From Thermococcus sp. JdFR-02 (GTDB taxonomy: Archaea; Methanobacteriota_B; Thermococci; Thermococcales; Thermococcaceae): DNA of 64,000 nt. The stretch spans positions 63,442 through 127,441 of the forward strand of contig MTLP01000032.1 in the NCBI GenBank assembly GCA_002009975.1, written 5' to 3'. Every line of letters begins with the position of its first letter. Position 1 is the first letter of the stretch. The notes beneath the pieces are model-generated. The model made no database searches and had not been told where the DNA came from. It saw nothing but the letters and a program-made list of their open reading frames with translations. Below, piece by piece: positions 1 to 10,400 of the stretch. The translations under genes were made by a program, and so were the position numbers.

Positions 1-439
1 CCTTAATTATCTCCCCTTTCTCGGTTCTCAATTCAAAGAACACTATTTTGCGATTCTCATTCCCCTCAAAATGAAGGAATTCATTGTCAAACTTCTTTCC
101 CAAGTATGGCTCAAAAATTAGGCCTTGCTCTCCCGCTATCCTCTTCAGCAAATTAGCCACGTATTTAACTTCCTTAGTTATTAGCTCCCTTCGCTTTGCC
201 CTTGAGAGCCACTCACCTCTGTAGTAATACGTAAAGTCCAAATCGATGCTGAAGCGGTAGTAGCCGAGATAGCACTTAACTAAGCAAGTGCCACCCTTGA
301 AAAGGTAGTTTTCCTTAAAGTGCTCGTCAGAGTAAAGTCTTCTCAAAATCATGTGAAGGAGAATGTCTCTCTCAATCAGCTCAAGACTTTTAACGCCTGT
401 CTTCTTTGAGACAAAGGCTACAAGCTCCTTAAGGTTCAT
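1..439 (-). CDS. AbiEii-family nucleotidyltransferase toxin (type IV TA), partial, runs off the window start
   Basis: Not in the ORF track. Manual translation from ATG at 439: MNLKELVAFVSKKTGVKSLELIERDILLH...YLFKGGTCLVKCYLGYYRFSIDLDF, with the KGGT...RFSxDLDF AbiEii motifs. Overlaps the stop of the upstream gene. Confidence 0.88.
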   Translation of the reverse strand, partial: MNLKELVAFVSKKTGVKSLELIERDILLHMILRRLYSDEHFKENYLFKGGTCLVKCYLGYYRFSIDLDFTYYYRGEWLSRAKRRELITKEVKYVANLLKRIAGEQGLIFEPYLGKKFDNEFLHFEGNENRKIVFFELRTEKGEIIK

Positions 440-1058
440 AAGCTTCCACCACCTTGAGAACTGACCTAGGGTAATCTTTAACGTATCTTTTCAGCACCCT
501 CTTGTCTGCACGTGGAAGATACTCTTTAAAGGTTTTTAAGGCAAGCTCCTTTGAAATAGAGCGGTAATTTGCCAAATAAATGAAGTCCAAGAGCGTTTTT
601 TCAAGGTTAGAATATTTTATCACACCTTGCTGCTTGATTCCAAATTTTGTAAGAGCAGGTTTAATTTTAATGAACTCCACGGTCTCGCCAGCTATTTTGA
701 TTGGCTTTGTCTTCTTCACCGTATCGCTGATGACAAAAATCTTAGTGAAGTACTCATGAGTCACTCCATTGAACCTCAGGGCTGTAAAGAGTCCAAAATA
801 CCATCCCAAAGTTCCCTTTTCCATAACCATAGCAATTAGCTCGTAAACACTTGGCTGGCTGTTTGAGAGGAACTCCTCCAAAGTCTTAACATAATAAACT
901 CCCCTAAAAATCCTAATTACATAGCCTTTGAATTGGAGGTAGTTGAGCCACTTGTCAATATCTCTTACACCGAACTTCTCACCAACAGCTTTTAGTTCAT
1001 CCTTTGAAATTATCTTCCCACCAAATTTTTTGAGAAGATACTTATTTACAAGCTTCAT
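429..1058 (-). CDS. AbiEi-family antitoxin / transcriptional regulator
   Basis: N-terminal wHTH (RIFRGVYYV), then ALRFNG and EKTLLDFIY AbiEi-like motifs; directly upstream of AbiEii. Confidence 0.8.
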   Translation of the reverse strand: MKLVNKYLLKKFGGKIISKDELKAVGEKFGVRDIDKWLNYLQFKGYVIRIFRGVYYVKTLEEFLSNSQPSVYELIAMVMEKGTLGWYFGLFTALRFNGVTHEYFTKIFVISDTVKKTKPIKIAGETVEFIKIKPALTKFGIKQQGVIKYSNLEKTLLDFIYLANYRSISKELALKTFKEYLPRADKRVLKRYVKDYPRSVLKVVEAYEP

Positions 1059-1063
1059 GCCTT

Positions 1064-1112
1064 AAATTTAGTTCATAATCACTAATAAAATTTGTGGTTG
1101 TGAACTAAATTT
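1064..1112. promoter_or_regulatory. 19-bp inverted repeat operator flanking the abiE promoter
   Basis: AAATTTAGTTCATAATCAC (1064-1082) and GTGGTTGTGAACTAAATTT (1094-1112) are 17/19 complementary and bracket an AT-rich TATA-like core. Confidence 0.7.
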
Positions 1113-1158
1113 GTTCCAATAACGGAACTATTATACCTATTCCACAAAATAATGGAAA

Positions 1159-1590
1159 TTATAACAAGCTTGCAATTAACTTGTAATCTTCCTCTGGTAA
1201 CTCTCTCATAGCTTTGCCCATCAAGTGACCGCTCCACTTCTTCTTGTTTGTAATGAACTTGAGTTTTGGAATTAAGGGCTTAAATTCAACTTCTCCAAGC
1301 TTTGTTGGTTTAACTTTCACTCTTAAGGGATAAGTCTCATTCAAATGTGGTGGAGACTTGAAAATTTTTGTTGAGTCCTGATAAGGCTCACTTACGACTT
1401 CAAAAATACCAACGATTTTTGGCTCTAGAATTTGTTTATCCCTTCTCTCTTGCTTTACATAAATGACAAGCTTATCACCAGGCTTAACTTTGGCGATGGT
1501 ATTCTTGTGTCTCTTTGGTACACCCCAAACGTTCTTCCTTTTAATAACCTCCCAATTATCACGGTTTGTAATGCAGAGCCAGTAGGTCAT
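1159..1590 (-). CDS. EVE domain protein (UPF0310, PUA-like)
   Basis: [24 protein letters not shown]...[10 protein letters not shown]; start moved to the ATG at 1590, which follows a GGTGA RBS. Confidence 0.88.
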   Translation of the reverse strand: MTYWLCITNRDNWEVIKRKNVWGVPKRHKNTIAKVKPGDKLVIYVKQERRDKQILEPKIVGIFEVVSEPYQDSTKIFKSPPHLNETYPLRVKVKPTKLGEVEFKPLIPKLKFITNKKKWSGHLMGKAMRELPEEDYKLIASLL

Positions 1591-1666
1591 AGGGATCACC
1601 AAAGTATTTTTGGGGATTCTTTGTAAATAAAACTTTTTAAAACCTAGCAATCGAACAAAAACCTAG

Positions 1667-2725
1667 TCACCGGTTAGCTTTTATTTTAACCCACGTGTCC
1701 AGATATTTTGTTCCAATACTCTCTATTCGTAATGGTATATCAGTGTAAAATAAGTCATTAAGCTTGATTATAATATTATATCCTTGGTTTCCATCCTCTA
1801 AGACGTTATCTAGTCGCTCTTGGATTGAAAGTAATTTAATTTTGTTTTCAATCTTTTCTTTAGGAAAGAATGCTATTTGCTGCCTTCGATAATAATTAAA
1901 GGAACTATTTTTATTTTTCGGATGTCGAATAATCCGCCATACCAGTGGATACATAAGTTTAGAGAGAGTATATTTAGCTTTTCCTTTTTTGGTTTTAACA
2001 TTATAAGGCGCGTGTATATTTCCGTAGACTGTTCCTAATATCAAGTCTATGAATTGCAGCAAATTAGAAGCCCCATATAAGTCATTGTTATCTTTATAGG
2101 AATGATGATTAGAATCAACAAAGATCACGTTGCTGTTCTTTATATGTAATCCCTTTCTTAACATTATAGGGACTTGTCTTTGAAAATTGGGACTTTTTGA
2201 TTGGGCCCCCTTATCGTGGTATATGTTTCTAATTATAACATCACCACCAAAAAAGAATTTTGCACCTCCTATAATAGTTGTACGGAAAAATCTAGAATAA
2301 ATTGGAAGCAGGCTTCGTTTTCCTCCGAATTTTTTGTAGTCAATGTTGTTTAAATTAATTCCTAAAATATTAAAATAAACTAAATCTAGCCCCCTTTTAT
2401 TGTTTTCTTCAATCAGAAATTCTATCCAGCTTTTTGCAATTTGATATTTGCGAGAACCGATTTTACCCATTTCGGTATAGTGTATCCGATCATCGCTCCT
2501 ATAGTGGAGTCTTTTACAATCAGTATTTTTGTGAAAATTCGAACATAATTTTGGATCAACATGCCACTTACTCGACATTATGCATCTTTTCTTAAGAAGT
2601 TGCTCCACCAGTTCGTTTCTTTTGTTGACAGGAACAAATAATGCCCCAATATACATGAAATTTATTCTCTTATTAGGGTCTGGTTGTATTTCATCAACAA
2701 AAACATCAACTTCTAAAGATGACAA
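1667..2725 (-). CDS. DUF3800-like protein (RNase H-like fold)
   Basis: N-terminal VFVDE, internal IHYTE, C-terminal LLQFIDLILG (QxxD) pattern. Confidence 0.6.
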   Translation of the reverse strand: MSSLEVDVFVDEIQPDPNKRINFMYIGALFVPVNKRNELVEQLLKKRCIMSSKWHVDPKLCSNFHKNTDCKRLHYRSDDRIHYTEMGKIGSRKYQIAKSWIEFLIEENNKRGLDLVYFNILGINLNNIDYKKFGGKRSLLPIYSRFFRTTIIGGAKFFFGGDVIIRNIYHDKGAQSKSPNFQRQVPIMLRKGLHIKNSNVIFVDSNHHSYKDNNDLYGASNLLQFIDLILGTVYGNIHAPYNVKTKKGKAKYTLSKLMYPLVWRIIRHPKNKNSSFNYYRRQQIAFFPKEKIENKIKLLSIQERLDNVLEDGNQGYNIIIKLNDLFYTDIPLRIESIGTKYLDTWVKIKANR

Positions 2726-2919
2726 TGTCTCACCACCAACTATTATATTAAGTAATTAAAATTTTGACTAAGAAAGTTATAAATATATTTGTGAAAATTA
2801 TTACATAAACTACCAATATACAAGTTAAGTTTTATCACTTTGTTAATTAAAAATGCTACATATTAACGACGGTTCAAATCTCTTAAAAGAAACAGAAAAA
2901 TTGGATGTTGTTGTATCTA

Positions 2920-3456
2920 CTATTCTGACGGAAGGTACAAAATAATGGAACAATTATCCAAGTTATATCCCAAAATGTAAATTTCCTTGCTTTCTTCCCT
3001 TTCAAGAATCTTATTTAATCTATTTCTTAGAATTTTCTCTGTCCCGAAGAGAATCAACACTGGAATAACATAGTCTAACTTTTCCTTAAAACACTTTAAC
3101 TTCATTATATCCGCCAAAATGTCATCGAAAGATCTCGATGCCAGTTTGATCTCAATAATAGCATAATTCTTGTCTTTCCTATTGGGAACATGAATTAGGA
3201 AATCAGGCATCTTTCTAGCACACTTTGGATAATAATACTGAAAACGTTTATCGAACTCTCCATGAAATGCTATCTTGCCTTCTCGTATTTCACTTTCTAA
3301 AAGCTTTCTCAATTGATAATAAAACTCATACGCTATTGGTCTTTCTTGAAATCTTACTTTCCCATTCTTATCTTTAGGAAGAGTGTAATTTCTTTTATCC
3401 ATCATGCAAAGTGCTTTTATTACAAGCATCAGATATTTACCTCTCACGTTTTTCAC
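2920..3456 (-). CDS. Putative PD-(D/E)XK nuclease
   Basis: ERPIAYEFYYQL...GE...PDFLIH...AIIEIK...D motif arrangement. Confidence 0.6.
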   Translation of the reverse strand: MKNVRGKYLMLVIKALCMMDKRNYTLPKDKNGKVRFQERPIAYEFYYQLRKLLESEIREGKIAFHGEFDKRFQYYYPKCARKMPDFLIHVPNRKDKNYAIIEIKLASRSFDDILADIMKLKCFKEKLDYVIPVLILFGTEKILRNRLNKILEREESKEIYILGYNLDNCSIILYLPSE

Positions 3457-4117
3457 CTTGAATAATCAATTTAAATTGCTCAATTAGGGATTTCACAATA
3501 TTTTCAACGAGAACCTCATCCTCTATTTCAAAAAGTTTCTCACCAATGTAATTAGAAAACACCACTAAACCGTGCTTCTTGTTAAATTCATCCAGTTCTT
3601 TCCCAAGAGCTTCCGAGAAACGCTTCTGTTTCTCTTTAATCTCATTTAAACGTCCAGATTCCCCAGCTTTTTCAATGATATAGGGAAAATAATCAACAAA
3701 AAGATTGTAATCTGGCTTTTCTTCTTTAAAAGATTCGATCATCATTTTTATTATTCTCCAGTCTTCTTTTGAGAAATACTGTTTGAAATCCTCTTCATTC
3801 AGTTTAATAATCTTTAAAGTCTCTTTCATAGCATTTGTAAAACCAATGTAGCTCTTTTCGAGTTGATCAACGATTTTCTTTGCCTTTTCTTCCGGATCTT
3901 GGGCCTCAGTTATAAATCCATATACCGATATACTCCCAACAGCATAAGCCAAAGAATCTGCCAACTGCTCATAAGACCTAATTAGCTTTTTAGACGCTTC
4001 AGATAATAAAAGTTGCAAATCTTCCTCAAGCTCTTTCTTTTTAAGAATTTCAGTGATTTTTCCATAAAGAAAACCAAGAAGACGCAAATAAATTGATTGT
4101 TCTATCAAAAGAGTCAC
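3437..4117 (-). CDS. Hypothetical helical protein in the methyltransferase operon
   Basis: 226-aa ORF overlapping or abutting its neighbours; no recognised motif. Confidence 0.6.
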   Translation of the reverse strand: MTLLIEQSIYLRLLGFLYGKITEILKKKELEEDLQLLLSEASKKLIRSYEQLADSLAYAVGSISVYGFITEAQDPEEKAKKIVDQLEKSYIGFTNAMKETLKIIKLNEEDFKQYFSKEDWRIIKMMIESFKEEKPDYNLFVDYFPYIIEKAGESGRLNEIKEKQKRFSEALGKELDEFNKKHGLVVFSNYIGEKLFEIEDEVLVENIVKSLIEQFKLIIQGEKRER

Positions 4118-4120
4118 CTC

Positions 4121-4528
4121 TCAAAGCTTAACAATAGTCAGCTCTATTCCAGCATCCTCCTTGTATTGCTGCATTTCATAAACTTCCACTCCGCTTATCT
4201 CCATCACAATTCCGCAAAATTCTATCTGGTCTCCAAGCTCGGTTATCCTTGGCACCTCTAAGACCTTCATGCAATTGACCTTTGTTAAAGCGGTCTTAAG
4301 CATTGACAGTGCCAAGTCCAGATCCACAAACTCTTCGTTAAGGAACTTGCAGACATCTTCAATGATGATGCATTTCAAGCCCGATGAGTTTATTTTTCCC
4401 AGTTGTGCTTTCCTTATAAACTCTAAAGGCTTCATTGACTCAACATCATAACCTAAACTTTCCATGAAAGCTTTAAATTTTGAAAGATGTTTAGAGGGAA
4501 GAAAATAGAGCTTTGAAGCGCTCGTCAT
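4121..4528 (-). CDS. Hypothetical protein, translationally coupled to the methyltransferase
   Basis: ATGA overlap with the DUF1156 gene stop; 135 aa. Confidence 0.65.
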   Translation of the reverse strand: MTSASKLYFLPSKHLSKFKAFMESLGYDVESMKPLEFIRKAQLGKINSSGLKCIIIEDVCKFLNEEFVDLDLALSMLKTALTKVNCMKVLEVPRITELGDQIEFCGIVMEISGVEVYEMQQYKEDAGIELTIVKL

Positions 4529-7380
4529 TTCTTCCTCACCTTTATGAATTCATCCAATCTTTTCTGTTCCTTAGCTTCCTCCATTTTCTCAATTGCAATT
4601 TCATGCAAACCTACATTGCATATTCCCACAAGGATGTCTTTTAGTCTGAGTTTTTCCTTTTGTAGATTCTTGTTCTTCGTTTCTTCTGGAAGAACCTCGT
4701 ATAATGCTTTTGCAACTTCGCAGATGTAATGTCCGCCTTTTGCCAAGATGGTTGCTACCTTGTCTATACTTTCACCATCTTCGAGGGCTCTTATTGCTCT
4801 GTGGAGAATGTTGATCATTAAGTCCTCTTTTAATGACTTTTCGTCTCTCTCAAATGCGTTATAAAGCTTAACTGCTTTCGTTCTCTTTCCTTCCACATCA
4901 ACTTTCTGGAACTTTCCAATGTTATGTTTGATCACTATTTCCTCCACTGGGTCTCCTTCAGTTGTGCCTAAAGCTAATGCTATCCTTCTTGCATCGTCAT
5001 AGTCAATTATATCTCCATAACCTAAGCTGTAAGCCAATACATAGAACTTCGTTGGAGCATCGACATCACCTATATGCGGAGCAACTTTCTTGAGTGTGTG
5101 ATTGATAACTATTCCAACAGCCCTGTTTAGTGCTTCATCAAGTATTTGCTCTGGTGTTCTTTCACCACTTGGATCTTTTACTGGCCATCCTTCACTGACT
5201 ATTCTTAATGCCTCTGCCTGAGCACCCATAACCAAATCTGGACCAAATAAACCATAGCTTTCCAACTCTTCAATTCTCTCGAGGATTTTTTCGTCGAAGT
5301 CTCTCATGACGTCAGGGAGCCATGCCCCTTCTCCTTGCCTCTTTCTGCATACGAAGAGAATTGACGTTCTTAGTGCAGCTTTTCCTGCTATATGTAGGCT
5401 CCGTTCCATCTCACTTCTAACGCTCCACATTGCAGATATTGAGTAGCCCGCATCTAACAGAGCTTTAACTGTCTTAATCCAAGCTTCACCTGCTTTGTGA
5501 GCGAACCAGATTAATAATAGACCATCATCTGCTAAAGCATCTCTCATGTTTTTGAAAATTCTCTTAATCTTGTCCTCGTATCTCTTTTCTGCCAATTTTT
5601 TCCATCTAACTTCGTTGTAAACTGCTTCTTCGCTCTTTGGAACTTCAAGGAATTGATAAGCCTCTGGGTAAATATCCTTTAGAATCAGCCTAAACCACAC
5701 ATAGAAATAGTCTGAAAGCTCTCCATGCTGAACTGCTCCATAGTATGGTGGATCTATGAAGATCACATCCAAATCTTTGTATTTTTGAGTTGTTTCTTCA
5801 GCGTCCCCGTAAACAACTTCAACCTGAGAATTTGAGTCTTTGAGACGTTTAACAATTCCCCTAAGTGCCTTAATAGAGTTTCTTAATGCCCATTCTGCAC
5901 TTGCATTAGAAGAAAGCATATCGAATTCTCCATAATCCCAAGTCCATGCATAAGCATGACTATCAAAAGTCCCTCTAATAACTCCTCTCGGTCTATTCCA
6001 GCTTGTTAAAGTTGAATTATAGTTTATTATCTTACCAAGCATTAATGTCAAATAAGCAATTATTGCCTTTGCATAGTCTTCTGCTTCTTCTCTGCTCTTT
6101 CCTTTTCTCAATTCTTCATTAAGGATTTCATTGTATGTTTCTTTAATCAGTTCAACCAACTTTGCATGAACTAAGAGCTGTCTTGCATTGAAGAGTTGGT
6201 AGAAGTGCTGAATTCCTTTAAGCATTGGTTCTTTTGTCTTTTCTCCAACAGGAATTTGCTGAATTGGAACTAACTCCTTCGCAACTAATTCATCCCATTG
6301 ATTTTTCAGATCTTCCTCAGCTTTCTTGTAAGCTTCTATCATTTCTGGAGTTGGCTCGTAGTATTTTCTATTCTTACCTCCACCCATAACAACGGCAACC
6401 ATTTTGTGAGGATGTACCCCTTTGTATTCTTGGGCTTCCCTCTCTTCAATGAATATTTTGTATTGCTCTTTCACTTTCTCTGGTTTGAGCACATACCCAC
6501 AGCCCATACATTTGACTGCTCCTCTTGCTTGATTCCCTTCAGTCTCGAATTGAACACCTTTAAATGGTCCATCAGTTACTTCAACCAAGTCAATAGTGGT
6601 GTTCCCTTTCTTACGAGAACTTATTTTCTTGACTTTAACAACATGGAGCTCAATGTTATTCCCTTTAACTTCTGGATACAAAGCGTAACCCCGTTCCCTA
6701 TCGAGCCATTTGCTCATTAGAATTGGTATCTCCCTTCCACAGTGAGTACACTTTACTGTTTTAACCCAAATATAACCATCTGGTTGTCCCCCAATTGGGT
6801 GAGGAGGATAATATTCCTTAACTTCTTCCTTCAGCTTTTTAATGAGCTTTTTGCCATACTTTTCGACATCAACAACTAATTTTTCACCATATTTCACAGG
6901 ATACTCAAGAGAAGCCTTTAGAATTGTGAATGCAACTGGATTGTACTCTCCGGCAATTACTTTTTCATAGCCAACTCTAATCATTTCAAAGGGTATAGAT
7001 CCACCCCCAGCCATAAAGTCTGCCCCAGTTAGGATTTTGACAGGCTTAATCTCAATATCATCAACATTAATATTGAACTTTGATAAAGGAGTAGGGTTCT
7101 GTCTTTCGGCAATTGAGTAATCAAATCGTTTACCAATAACTTTTAAAGGATCCCCTTTTATTCCCATGTGATAAAGAAGTTGTTTCCTAATTTCATCATT
7201 TATTTCAATTTCAGGCAGAACAGCTAAATAAGAAGCAATTCTTGAAGGAATTAGAGGTTTTCTTGTCCAATATACATGGAGGAAATAAATTGGGGGCAGT
7301 ATATTTGGTCCTCCTCTTTCCCTACTTGCCTCAACACTTGCTTCAACAACTGGGAACCATTTTTCAATTAAACGCCTCAT
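4525..7380 (-). CDS. DUF1156 adenine-specific DNA methyltransferase with Zn ribbon
   Basis: LHVYWTRKPL (DUF1156), motif I DFMAGGGSIP, CTHC...CMGC Zn ribbon, motif IV DPPY. Confidence 0.9.
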   Translation of the reverse strand: MRRLIEKWFPVVEASVEASRERGGPNILPPIYFLHVYWTRKPLIPSRIASYLAVLPEIEINDEIRKQLLYHMGIKGDPLKVIGKRFDYSIAERQNPTPLSKFNINVDDIEIKPVKILTGADFMAGGGSIPFEMIRVGYEKVIAGEYNPVAFTILKASLEYPVKYGEKLVVDVEKYGKKLIKKLKEEVKEYYPPHPIGGQPDGYIWVKTVKCTHCGREIPILMSKWLDRERGYALYPEVKGNNIELHVVKVKKISSRKKGNTTIDLVEVTDGPFKGVQFETEGNQARGAVKCMGCGYVLKPEKVKEQYKIFIEEREAQEYKGVHPHKMVAVVMGGGKNRKYYEPTPEMIEAYKKAEEDLKNQWDELVAKELVPIQQIPVGEKTKEPMLKGIQHFYQLFNARQLLVHAKLVELIKETYNEILNEELRKGKSREEAEDYAKAIIAYLTLMLGKIINYNSTLTSWNRPRGVIRGTFDSHAYAWTWDYGEFDMLSSNASAEWALRNSIKALRGIVKRLKDSNSQVEVVYGDAEETTQKYKDLDVIFIDPPYYGAVQHGELSDYFYVWFRLILKDIYPEAYQFLEVPKSEEAVYNEVRWKKLAEKRYEDKIKRIFKNMRDALADDGLLLIWFAHKAGEAWIKTVKALLDAGYSISAMWSVRSEMERSLHIAGKAALRTSILFVCRKRQGEGAWLPDVMRDFDEKILERIEELESYGLFGPDLVMGAQAEALRIVSEGWPVKDPSGERTPEQILDEALNRAVGIVINHTLKKVAPHIGDVDAPTKFYVLAYSLGYGDIIDYDDARRIALALGTTEGDPVEEIVIKHNIGKFQKVDVEGKRTKAVKLYNAFERDEKSLKEDLMINILHRAIRALEDGESIDKVATILAKGGHYICEVAKALYEVLPEETKNKNLQKEKLRLKDILVGICNVGLHEIAIEKMEEAKEQKRLDEFIKVRKK

Positions 7381-7462
7381 GTTTTCACCATCCCAAGAAT
7401 AATTTATAACAACCCTTATAAGTTTGCATCATCAATAGTTATAAGAGTATTGGCTGAAATGG

Positions 7463-10400
7463 GTGGTTATCATGAAAAGAGTATGGGAGGTTCTTGTTCC
7501 TCATGATGAAGTTATCCAAGGAAAGCTCACCGAGAATAGTTTTGTTGGAAACTTGGGAAGCGTTTGGGAGAAGAGAGAACTCGGTAAAGATGTTAACGTT
7601 GAGGAGAGATACTATAACCCAAGAATGTTCATTGAGAGAACTTATCTCACATCCAAGATGAGAGAAGTTGTAACAGAAATATTCCAACGTTTAAACGGAG
7701 CCAATGGAAGACCAATTTATCATTTAAGGGTTGGACTCGGTGGAGGTAAGACTCACACATTGCTCTTGCTCTATCACTTAACAAAAAGCTGGAATGAAAT
7801 AGGCCCAATCTTTGCCTCGAAATTTGGATTAAATCTTTGGTTGCCTCCAAATGTTAGAACTGTTGTAGTAGATGGGACAAAACTTGAAATCTTCGGTTAT
7901 CCTTTCCCTGATGGCACTGAGGTAAAAACCATCTGGGGCATGATACTGAAGCAACTCGGAGAATACGATGAAAAATATGACTCTTGGGACTATGTTCCCT
8001 CTACAACAGTCTTAAAAGAAGCATTCAACAAAGCTCCAACGCTCATTCTCATAGACGAGCTAACTCTATACATTGAAAGACTTGACGAAGATAAACAAGA
8101 GAAAGTTAAGGCATTTATTCAAAACTTGACAACTGCAGTTGAAGAAACTTATACGACAGCATTGCTCATAGCCACTCCCGAGGGAGAATTTGAGAAAGCA
8201 TTTAGAAAAATCAAGAACATTCTCGAAAGATACAGCTCAATCAAAATAGTAACCTCTCCTGATGAGTCAAAACACATTAGGAGAATAGCCCTCTTCAAAG
8301 GCAATTATTTCTTGGAAACTGCAAAAGAAGTTGCTCAGGCATATAAAGAAGCATATTTGAGAGAAAACATAACGCTTTCTACTGATATAATGGATATTAT
8401 AGTTAAGAGCTATCCCTTCCATCCGGCCGTTGATATGCTTCTGGAAAAGCTCAAAGGCAGCAAAGAGTTCCAGTTAGTTAGGGATGAATTGAGATTCCTT
8501 GCAAGTTTAGTTTATTCAGTATATAAGAACAAACCCAAAGATGCTTACTTGATAACTCCTTCTCACATTGATATCACAGATGATTATGTAATGGCAGGAA
8601 CGATAGCAAAAATTGGAGATGTTTTCCTAGTTAGCAGATTAAAAGGAGATTGGAATAGGCTCAATACAATTGAAGACAAAGAAATTGGAGATTTGGCAAA
8701 GAAAGTTCTAGGATTTATTGTGCTGAATTCTCTTGTTGAAACTGTTCCGGGTGAAAGTGGAACCGATAGAAATGCCATATACTTTGCTCTCCTATCTCCG
8801 AAAGTCAGCAAAAGCCTCCTTGACTCTGCAATTAACGAAGTCTTAAAACGCACTTGGTTCGTTTCAGTTGATCCAAACACTGGAAGACTATTCTATGGAA
8901 AACCAAACATCAACAAGATAATCAGTGATTACACAGAGACCATCAAAAACAAGAATCCAGAAATCTGGAAGGATATAATAAAAGAAACCCTCGATAAATG
9001 GCTTGATGATAATTTCAAAAAGTACATGAGGCATTCCAAGGAAAGAATCTTCCAAAAGAATAAAATCATAATGTGGGCCTCTTCATCAGACATGATACCT
9101 GACTCCAACGATTATGCTCTAAAACTTGCCTTTGTGAGTTGGGATAGAGCAGCCAATGATAAAGAAGAGGTGATCAAACAAGTAAAAGAATTCTTTGAAT
9201 ACTATGGAACCAGACCCAGAGAATATAAAAATACGGTTGTATTCCTAGTCCCAGATATAGAAACAACTGAAAAAGCAAAGGAGGTAGCATATAGGCTTAA
9301 AGCAATTGAACTCATCGAAGAGGAAAAGGAAAAGAATCCCGATCTGAAGACAAAAACCATAGAAAGATCACTGGAGCTTGAAAAGGCTAGAAATATTACA
9401 CATTTAAGCCAACTAACTATATTGAGCTACAAATATCTTGTCTATCCCTATGGAGACCTAAAAGTAGATGAACTTGAAACTACTGAACTGTTACATGAGA
9501 ACATACTTCTGAAAGTCGAAGAAAAGCTCCTAAATCGTGGAAAGGTCCTGAGAAACTTATCTCCTTCCGCATTAGTGGAAAGATACTGGCCCAAAGATAA
9601 GAAAAAAATAGAAGTACGTGAACTAAAAGAGTACTTCTACAAAGTCCCAAGCTTTGAATATGTCCCTAAACCAGAGATAATAGAAAAGGCAATAATTGAA
9701 GCTGTGAAATTGGGATTGATTGCATATATTGATGAAAGTGGAAAAGCGTACACAAAAACTTCAATCTTTAAGCTTTCAGACAGGGGTGTTTTAACAAAAG
9801 ACGTAAGGATGATAAAATTAACAATAACGGTTAGAGACAAAGAAGGAAAACCTGCAGACAATATCGGAATATATGTGGACGGAAAAAGAATACGCTCAGG
9901 AGAAGCTTTAGAAGACCTTCCCGGTTCCAAACATGTGATCAAAATAGAGCTTCCCAAAGACTATGAATTCTTAGGATGGAGCGATGGAGCAAAAGAGCTT
10001 GTCAGAGAAGTTACACTTGAAAAGGACATTCATTTAGAGGCCCTCGTGAAAAAGAAAGAAAAGAAACCCAAAATAAAAATCACAATAAAAACTGTTGATT
10101 TAGATGGAAATGTCATAAATGCTCCAATAATAGTGGAATCCGAAGAAATTGGAAAAGAAAGCGGGTTTGGACATCTTGAAATTTCAATTTCAGAAGAAAC
10201 CCCGATTAGGATCATAGTACATTCAACTGGAAATTACAGGTTCGTTTCATGGCAAGGAGGAGGAAGTAGTGAGGAAGTTACACTACGTCCACGTAGTAAT
10301 CTGGAGCTAGTTGCACTGTTCAAAAAAGTAAGTAAGCCACCAGAAGGTCCAGAAGGTCCTATTGAGAGATGGGAATTAATTAGAGAATCTGGAACAATTG

